DNA of 64,000 bases from Planctomycetota bacterium (GTDB lineage: Bacteria; Planctomycetota; JAJSAM01; JAJVHW01). Under the pieces are notes generated by a model. That model did no database searches, was not told the origin of the DNA, and saw nothing but the letters and a program-made list of their open reading frames with translations. The stretch is from positions 256,001 to 320,000 of the forward strand of contig CBDFJG010000004.1 in assembly GCA_965248445.1 (NCBI GenBank), written 5' to 3'. Shown piece after piece: positions 58,248 to 64,000 of the stretch. The translations under genes and the position numbers were made by a program. Every line of letters starts with the position of its first letter. The first letter of the stretch is position 1.

Positions 58248-59000
58248 CTAAACGAGTCCGCGGCGGCGGACGGCTTCCCAGAGGTTCGTGAGGGCGCGCT
58301 TGTGGATCTGTGAGATCCGGCCCTCAGTGACACCCAGGACCTCGGCGATCTCGCGGAGCAGGAGGCCGTCGGCGTAGTACATGGCGACGACCCGGCGGTC
58401 GTTGCGGCGGAGCTTCAACATCTCTTCGCGCACCACGGCCACGGCCTCGTCGATCAGAAGGCGGCCGGCGACGCTCGCGCTGCGCGGGTCCTCGATCACG
58501 CCCGCGAGGGAACCCTCGGCGCGCTCCTCGTCGATCGACACGCAGCTGGCCGCGTGCCGCACCGTGAGGGCGTCGCGCGCCTCCCGGTCGGTCAGCCCGG
58601 CCTCCGCGGCGAGGGTGTGCTCGGGCACTGCGCCGCCGTACGTCTCGGCCAGTCGCGAGCGCGCCTTCTCGAGCCTCGTCACGCGCTCTCGCGTCGGTCG
58701 GGCCAGCGGGTCCATGTCCCGCAGAGCGTCCAGCACCGCGCCGCGGACGCTGCAGCCGGCGAACGTGCTGAACGCCACTCCGCGCTCCTCGTCGAAGCGC
58801 TCAGCCGCTCGGATCAGACCCTCGTAGCCGGCGGAGATCAACTCCTCGGAGTCGACGTGCGGCGGCAGCCGGCGCGCCATCCGGCGGACGATGTGGGGCA
58901 CCAGCGCGAGGTGGTCCTCGACCAGCCGGTTACGCGCCGCCGTGTTCCGCCTCTTCGGTGCTGCCTTGCGGCGGCTCGTGACTGATGTTGCAGCTGGCAT
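58248..59000 (-). CDS. Second FliA/WhiG-family sigma factor
   Basis: RNRLVEDHLALV, GLIRAAERFDEERGVAFSTFA, RGAVLDALR..D, YYADGL.LREIA.VLGVTEGRISQIH; GGGAG RBS. Confidence 0.9.
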   Translation of the reverse strand: MPAATSVTSRRKAAPKRRNTAARNRLVEDHLALVPHIVRRMARRLPPHVDSEELISAGYEGLIRAAERFDEERGVAFSTFAGCSVRGAVLDALRDMDPLARPTRERVTRLEKARSRLAETYGGAVPEHTLAAEAGLTDREARDALTVRHAASCVSIDEERAEGSLAGVIEDPRSASVAGRLLIDEAVAVVREEMLKLRRNDRRVVAMYYADGLLLREIAEVLGVTEGRISQIHKRALTNLWEAVRRRGLV

Positions 59001-59370
59001 GTCGAGAACTCCCATGAACGGCGAGGTTGTTCGCCGCGGGGGAGGCGCGAGGGGCGTGCCGCGCGCTCGCCGAGCCTGGAGCTCGGTGGCAATGGCCAGA
59101 CGGTCGTCGCGTTCTTCGACAGGTGTCGAGATCCACGACGTCGCACCGCGCAGAGCGCAGGCGCTGTCCCAGCGATTCGCGGGGTGGGGGCGGTCGGTCC
59201 GCGGCGTTCGCCTCTCAAGCGGGAGATCGGCAGGACCCGACCAGCGTTATAGGGGCGGCCCCCGAAGCGGGCGCCTCGACTGGCTCGGAGACCGAAACGA
59301 TGAATCCCGACCCCTGCTGCCACAGGTCCTCTGCCGACGAGGATCTCCCCGATGTCCCCCCGTCCGCGTG

Positions 59371-59577
59371 ATGCGCGACGTGCTCCACTTCGTGAACAAC
59401 GTCGCCGCCCGCGTGATGTTGCGCTGCGAGACTGCGCTCGAGGAGGGCGACCCCGACGGGAACGTCGCCGCCCTCCGTGCCGCCGTGGAGTCGGCGGAGG
59501 AGCTCGGCTGCTACGTGCGGAGCGTGCGCGCGGACGTCAAGGACCGCCGCCGCGGCGCACCCAGCGTCAGCGCATAG
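59371..59577 (+). CDS. Small stand-alone HisKA-like helical protein (possibly starting at 59300 via a frameshift)
   Basis: MRDVLHFVNNVAARVMLRCETALEE...LRAAVESAEELGCYVRSV resembles an H-box two-helix bundle; GGAG RBS and ATG at 59300, whose ORF overlaps 59371 as TGATG. Confidence 0.45.
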   Translation: MRDVLHFVNNVAARVMLRCETALEEGDPDGNVAALRAAVESAEELGCYVRSVRADVKDRRRGAPSVSA

Positions 59578-59620
59578 CGGTTCGACAGACGACGCGCCGT
59601 AGACCGCGAACGCGAGCTAG

Positions 59621-59895
59621 CAGCGTGTTGAACAACTCGGCGGGCCACCACCTCGCAACGTGCGGCTTCGGGCTGCGCCCGCGTCGGCAACCTGAGCTCT
59701 GCGTTTGCGCGCGGCGCTCAGGTGGGGCGACGAGCAGCCGCAAGTTGCTCGTCCGCAAGCGGTTGCGTCCGGCAGCGCCGCCTGCTGCGTTGCCGGCACT
59801 CAGCGACGCTTCGGCGTCGACGTTCGTGCCTCTGCGCCTTGCGTGCGGTACCGCCGGACCCAATCGTGGCTCGCGCCGACTTCTTCAACACACTG
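59621..59895. mobile_element. 275-bp MITE with 22-bp imperfect TIRs and CTAG target duplication
   Basis: CTAG|CAGCGTGTTGAACAACTCGGCG ... CGCCGACTTCTTCAACACACTG|CTAG (19 of 22 match); no transposase inside. Confidence 0.85.
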
Positions 59896-60756
59896 CTAGG
59901 TCTGGTGGCCGAGGGCGCGCCGTATAGCGAGCACGTCGCGCAGTAGATCCGGCACCGTCGTGAGGTCGAGATTGTTCGGCCCGTCCGACAGCGCGTTGTC
60001 CGGATCGTCGTGGCACTCGAGGAACAGACCGTCCACGCCGGCGGCCACGGCGGCGCGGACGAGGTAGGGGACCACTTCGCGGTCTCCTCCGCTCGCGGTT
60101 CCGAGCCCCCCGGGCCGCTGCGCGCTGTGGGTTCCGTCCATCACCACAGGACAACCGGTCGCGGCCATGATGGGCAGCCCGCGCATGTCGACCACGAGGT
60201 TGCGGTACCCGAACGTTGTGCCCCGCTCCGTCAGCAGGATGCGATCACCACCCGACTCCTCGAGCTTCGCCACGACGTTCGTCATGTCCTCGGGCGCGAG
60301 GAACTGGCCCTTCTTCACGTTGACGACCTTGCCGCTCTCCGCGCAGGCCGCGAGCAGGTCCGTCTGCCGGCAGAGGAACGCCGGAACCTGCAGGATGTCG
60401 AGCACCTCCGCGGCGCGCGCCACTTGCGCCGTCTCGTGCACGTCGCTGATGACCGGGACACCGAGCTCCGCGCGGACCTCACCGAGGATGCCGAGCGCAC
60501 GATCCACGCCGAGTCCTCGGAAGCTCGCGTGTGACGACCGATTGGCCTTGTCGTAGCTCGCCTTGAAAACGAACGGCACACCGGCCTCGCCGCAGATGTC
60601 CTGGAGGATCCGCGCGATCGTGAACGTCTTCTCGCGGCTCTCCACGACGCAGGGTCCGCCGAGCAGGAAGAGTGGGTGCCCCCGGCCCATACTGATCTCC
60701 CCGCCGCCCGGCTTCGCGAGCGTGACGGTGCGGGGCGGGTTCGGTGCAGGGGTCAT
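59896..60756 (-). CDS. kdsA: 3-deoxy-8-phosphooctulonate synthase
   Basis: GPCVVES, FKASYDKANRSS, QVPAFLCRQTDL, KKGQFLAP, ERG, DGTHS, LSDGPN. Confidence 0.97.
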   Translation of the reverse strand: MTPAPNPPRTVTLAKPGGGEISMGRGHPLFLLGGPCVVESREKTFTIARILQDICGEAGVPFVFKASYDKANRSSHASFRGLGVDRALGILGEVRAELGVPVISDVHETAQVARAAEVLDILQVPAFLCRQTDLLAACAESGKVVNVKKGQFLAPEDMTNVVAKLEESGGDRILLTERGTTFGYRNLVVDMRGLPIMAATGCPVVMDGTHSAQRPGGLGTASGGDREVVPYLVRAAVAAGVDGLFLECHDDPDNALSDGPNNLDLTTVPDLLRDVLAIRRALGHQT

Positions 60757-61655
60757 GGACGCTCCTCCGCTCCGGCGGGGCGCAGGACGCGCAGCGCTCG
60801 GGGCCGCACGAGCATAGCGACCGGCGTGCAGGCTCCCACGTCTCCGTCGAGTTGGTAGGCGACCGGCGACTCCGACGCGATCTCGACCCGGTTCGTGCGA
60901 AGGAGCCTCGCGTTCCGGTCCCCGATGAGAGTCCCGCGGAGCCCTCGCAGCATCCAACGTGCGATGTCTCCCGGCGAGCCACGGGTCAGGACGACGACGT
61001 CGAGCAGCCCGTCGTCCGCCGACGCGCCGGGACTCGGCCGGAAGTACGACGCGTATGGGCGCATGTTGAGGATCAGCGCCATCGTTCCCGTGATCTCGGT
61101 GCCGTCCGCGGCACGCACGTGGATCTCGACGCGCTTCCAGTTGCGCGTGGCGCCGACGATCGGCCCCAGGTACCCGAGCAGCCCGCGATTGCCGGTGCGT
61201 CGGGCGGAGTACCTCGCGACGACCTCCGCGTCCCACCCGATGCCGGCGCACGCCAGGAAGGGGCGCCCGTTCGCTTCGCCGACGTCGAGCAACACGGGCT
61301 CGCCGGAGAGAACGACCTCCGCTGCGCCGATCGGTTCCCGGGGGATCGCGAGGTGCCGCGCGACCAGATTGCTGGTGCCGCTTGGGAGGAGCGCGAGCGC
61401 AGTCTCGGTAGCGGGCACCGCGAGCAGGCCGCACGCAACCTCGTTCGCGGTGCCGTCTCCGCCCGCAGCGACGACGACGTCGGCCCCCGCTTCGGAGGCC
61501 TCCCGCGCGAGTTCGGTGGCGTGTCCCGGACGCTCTGTCTCGCGGACCTCGACCTGACATCCACGATCCGTCACCCGGGCGACGAAGCGCGCAACGCCGC
61601 GCTCGCTCCCGCGGCGTCCGGAGATCGGGTTGCGGATCAGCGTGATCGTACGCAC
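60753..61655 (-). CDS. Diacylglycerol kinase family lipid kinase (YegS-like)
   Basis: NPISG, T..PGHA, GGDGT.NEV, PSGT.N, GIGWDA, DDGLLDV, QLDGD. Confidence 0.9.
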   Translation of the reverse strand: MRTITLIRNPISGRRGSERGVARFVARVTDRGCQVEVRETERPGHATELAREASEAGADVVVAAGGDGTANEVACGLLAVPATETALALLPSGTSNLVARHLAIPREPIGAAEVVLSGEPVLLDVGEANGRPFLACAGIGWDAEVVARYSARRTGNRGLLGYLGPIVGATRNWKRVEIHVRAADGTEITGTMALILNMRPYASYFRPSPGASADDGLLDVVVLTRGSPGDIARWMLRGLRGTLIGDRNARLLRTNRVEIASESPVAYQLDGDVGACTPVAMLVRPRALRVLRPAGAEERP

Positions 61656-61731
61656 CGGGGGAGGTTACGGAGGTCGTCCGTCGTGGCTGCTACCTTCCGC
61701 GTCGCTGCGTCCCGCCGGACCCGGCCCCGCG

Positions 61732-62868
61732 ATGTCCGACGCCCACACCGATCGAAGGCTCGTCTTCCTCGTCCTGGCGGCAGGTGCGGACCCGGTCGCG
61801 GCGCGCACTCCGCTGTCCGACGCCGCCACGCCCACGCTCGACCGAATCGCGCGGGATGGGCACGTTGGCCGGGTGGATCTCGGTGCGTGTTCGGTGTACG
61901 AGGGCTTCCTGGGCCTGCTCGGCCAGCCGCCGGGTACCTGCTCGGCGGCGACGTGCTGCGCGCGCACGGCTGCGATCGACGTGCCCACGGCGGCGTGGGT
62001 CGCACGGGCCGATCTGGTCACGGTGGACCGGACGCACCTCCTGGACTCGACGGGCGGTGGGACGACCGACGCCGAGACCGACGCGCTGCTCGCCGGCGTG
62101 GCCGCCGCGGACCCCTCGGTCACGTTCCACAGGATCGGAGGCGGGCGCACTCTGGTCGTCACATCGGAGGATCCGTGCGCTCTGCCGGCGCCTGCGGGCG
62201 TCACGGGCCGTCGGCTCGATTCGGTGTTACCGGTAGGCGGACCCGCTCGCGCGTTGTTCGACCGTTCGGTCTCGCTGTTCCAAGCCCACGACGTGAACGC
62301 GGTGCGGCTCGATCTCGGGGAAAACCCCGCCAATGCACTGTGGGTGCACGCGGCCGGACCCGGCCGGACGTCGCTCGACTCCCCGCCGTGGGCACGCGGT
62401 CGCACCGTGCTCATCGGCGCGGGTCCGGCAGCCGCCGGTGCCGCCGCTCTGCTCGGATGGCAGCATCGCGACAGCGACGGTACCGCGGAGGACCTGTGCG
62501 CGTCTGCGTTCGACGCGCTGGGCGATCACGAGGTCATCGTGGTGCGCGCCACCGAGGCGCAAACGGCCGGGCTGATGGGGGACACCACGCGGCGCATCGC
62601 GGCGATCGCGCATCTCGACGCACGTCTCGCGGCGCCGCTGCTCGGCGCGCTCGAGGAACGGGGCGAGTTCGTGCTGGCCGTCGCCGCGGACAGCGTGTTC
62701 GACACGGTCGACCGCGTCTTCACCGCCGAGCCGGCGCCGTTCGGCGTTCTCCGCTCGGGGCCGACGGGGCACGGCCAGGCGCCGGTGTTCAGCGAGCAGA
62801 CGTGTCTGAGCGGTGGGCACCGGGTGAACGGAACGGTTGCCTTTGCCGCGATGCTGGCGAAGGCGTGA
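61732..62868 (+). CDS. ApgM/iPGM-like alkaline-phosphatase-superfamily protein lacking catalytic residues
   Basis: Scaffold motifs TPL..A.TPTLD.IA.DG, RADLVT, N.VR...GE.PAN.LW, GD...I.AI...D, EP.PF; metal ligands substituted. Confidence 0.65.
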   Translation: MSDAHTDRRLVFLVLAAGADPVAARTPLSDAATPTLDRIARDGHVGRVDLGACSVYEGFLGLLGQPPGTCSAATCCARTAAIDVPTAAWVARADLVTVDRTHLLDSTGGGTTDAETDALLAGVAAADPSVTFHRIGGGRTLVVTSEDPCALPAPAGVTGRRLDSVLPVGGPARALFDRSVSLFQAHDVNAVRLDLGENPANALWVHAAGPGRTSLDSPPWARGRTVLIGAGPAAAGAAALLGWQHRDSDGTAEDLCASAFDALGDHEVIVVRATEAQTAGLMGDTTRRIAAIAHLDARLAAPLLGALEERGEFVLAVAADSVFDTVDRVFTAEPAPFGVLRSGPTGHGQAPVFSEQTCLSGGHRVNGTVAFAAMLAKA

Positions 62869-62910
62869 GGTCGTGGCGCCATCCAGGCGTCACCGACCGA
62901 ACGCCCGCGA

Positions 62911-63038
62911 CCCGAGTCGGCTTGTCAGCCGGCTCGGGGGCAAACGACATGAACAATGTCGTTTGCAGCGGGAACACGGCGCGACGTAGGGACTCAGCCG
63001 GTGCGCTGCACGGGCGGGCGCGGCGGCCCGCCCGTGCA
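62911..63038. terminator. Three strong hairpins between convergent genes
   Basis: CCCGAGTCGGCT/AGCCGGCTCGGG; GCAAACGACAT/ATGTCGTTTGC; TGCACGGGCGGGC/GCCCGCCCGTGCA; no U-tract. Confidence 0.5.
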
Positions 63039-63088
63039 ACTTGCCGGTTCGCAGCGCCGACGGCGCCCAGAACCCACTATGTCGCTGC

Positions 63089-64000
63089 CTACTTGTCGAT
63101 CGTGATCGCGCGGGTCTGCGCATCCGTGCCGGCCGCGGCTGCGCGGGTGATCACGAACTCGCTGGCGCCGTCGTTGTCCAGGTCGCCGATCAGGAGCGAA
63201 GAACCGTCGAACGCGTCGTTCGCGGGCGCGACGAGCGGATCGTACAGGCCGTCGAAGTCCTCCTGGAACACACCGACGACGTTGCTCACGACGTTGTTGC
63301 GCAGGATGCGGAACGCGGACTCGCCGGGACCCGGCGCTGAGTTCGCCAGCAGGATCAGATCGCGGTCGCCGTCGCCGTCAACGTCCACGACGCCTATGTC
63401 CGATGCCTGGAACTTGTCGTTGATCCCACTGAACGGGAGCACCTGGAAGGTGATTTCCTCGAACTCGGCCGTGTCGTCAGGATCGAGTGGCTGCACGAAC
63501 CGGATGAGCCGCATCGACGGGTTCAGCGAGCCCGAAGACTTGGTGAGCACGATCGTGCCGAACGCGTTCGCGTCCGGATACCCGAAGCGCCCAATCTTCA
63601 CCGTGTCCCAGCGCGTCGTGCCTCCCATGGCGGTGATGAGGTGCGTGACGTCGGTGAGGGCGGACCCCGACGCCGGACTGAACTTGTTGATGGCGACCTG
63701 CGTGGACGAGATGGCAACGCCGTCCTTTGTCACGACGTCCTTATTGATCACCACGACGTCCGGCTTGCCGTCCGCGTTCATATCCGCGACCTCCAGCTTC
63801 TGGCCGGAGAACGGAGTGAACGTGCCGCGGCAGGGGGTGCCGCCGTTGCACGAGGGGATCGTCACGCCGGGCGGGGGGTTCCCGATGGGAACCAGAACGC
63901 CCGACTTTCGGGGGAAGAAGTTCGGATCGAACTTGAACTGACCCTGGCCGGAGCGCTTGGTCTGGTCCCAGATGAACTGCCGCGACGCGCTCCAGTAGAA
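63089..64000 (-). CDS. C-terminal part of an FG-GAP/VCBS repeat protein (start outside the window)
   Basis: ADMNADGKPDVVV, VDVDGDGDRDLIL, GDLDNDGASEFVI; frame open to 64000. Confidence 0.8.
   Translation of the reverse strand, partial: FYWSASRQFIWDQTKRSGQGQFKFDPNFFPRKSGVLVPIGNPPPGVTIPSCNGGTPCRGTFTPFSGQKLEVADMNADGKPDVVVINKDVVTKDGVAISSTQVAINKFSPASGSALTDVTHLITAMGGTTRWDTVKIGRFGYPDANAFGTIVLTKSSGSLNPSMRLIRFVQPLDPDDTAEFEEITFQVLPFSGINDKFQASDIGVVDVDGDGDRDLILLANSAPGPGESAFRILRNNVVSNVVGVFQEDFDGLYDPLVAPANDAFDGSSLLIGDLDNDGASEFVITRAAAAGTDAQTRAITIDK

Noticed and set aside
59215..59243. Sigma28 promoter for the small HisKA-like ORF (TCAA...CCCGACCA)
   Set aside because: Spacer is 17 nt rather than about 15; too weak to call
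62940..62966. dif/Xer site
   Set aside because: 11-5-11 perfect palindrome without the XerD-arm consensus or the 6-bp spacer
60744..63941. 1065-aa plus-strand ORF and other long Arg/Ala/Pro-rich ORFs (e.g. 45288-47411, 7762-9489, 54947-56719)
   Set aside because: Antisense or off-frame shadows of well-supported genes, typical of high-GC DNA

Overview
Very GC-rich bacterial chromosome segment. The gene content points to Planctomycetota: exported HEAT-repeat and HEAT-vWA proteins, a prenyltransferase-like protein, DUF1844 behind kdsB-pyrG, and FliA/WhiG plus ECF sigma factors. This is an inference from content, not a database result. Most of the window is housekeeping or envelope genes: fdhE, rlmN, dusB, a CDF transporter, lepB, mscS, propionyl/methylmalonyl-CoA carboxylase subunits with mce, an RluA/RluD enzyme, a PpiC-like chaperone, a 5'-nucleotidase, kdsB-pyrG and kdsA. 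An ~11 kb decayed integrative element or prophage (about 26.7-37.8 kb) interrupts it. The island holds two complete single-ORF IS66 elements, an IS66 remnant, an IS1380, a tyrosine integrase whose ORF reads through a 49-bp tRNA-Pro 3' fragment, a hairpin-dense ~1.07 kb non-coding stretch, and a translationally coupled phage-like operon (Zn-finger ORFs, SNF2 helicase, DUF5131 fragment, truncated DnaB N-domain). Outside the island the notable items are: two convergent sigma28-type factors with a long operator-rich leader and a small HisKA-like ORF; a 275-bp MITE with a CTAG target duplication; a ~180-bp GTAG-REP-like repeat with covarying stems; two apparent pseudoenzymes; and a stand-alone (DRPRDG)n disordered protein. 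Several single-base frameshifts may be sequencing errors. No CRISPR array, rRNA or intact tRNA was seen. No wholly new system can be proven from sequence alone; the best candidates are ranked in the findings.
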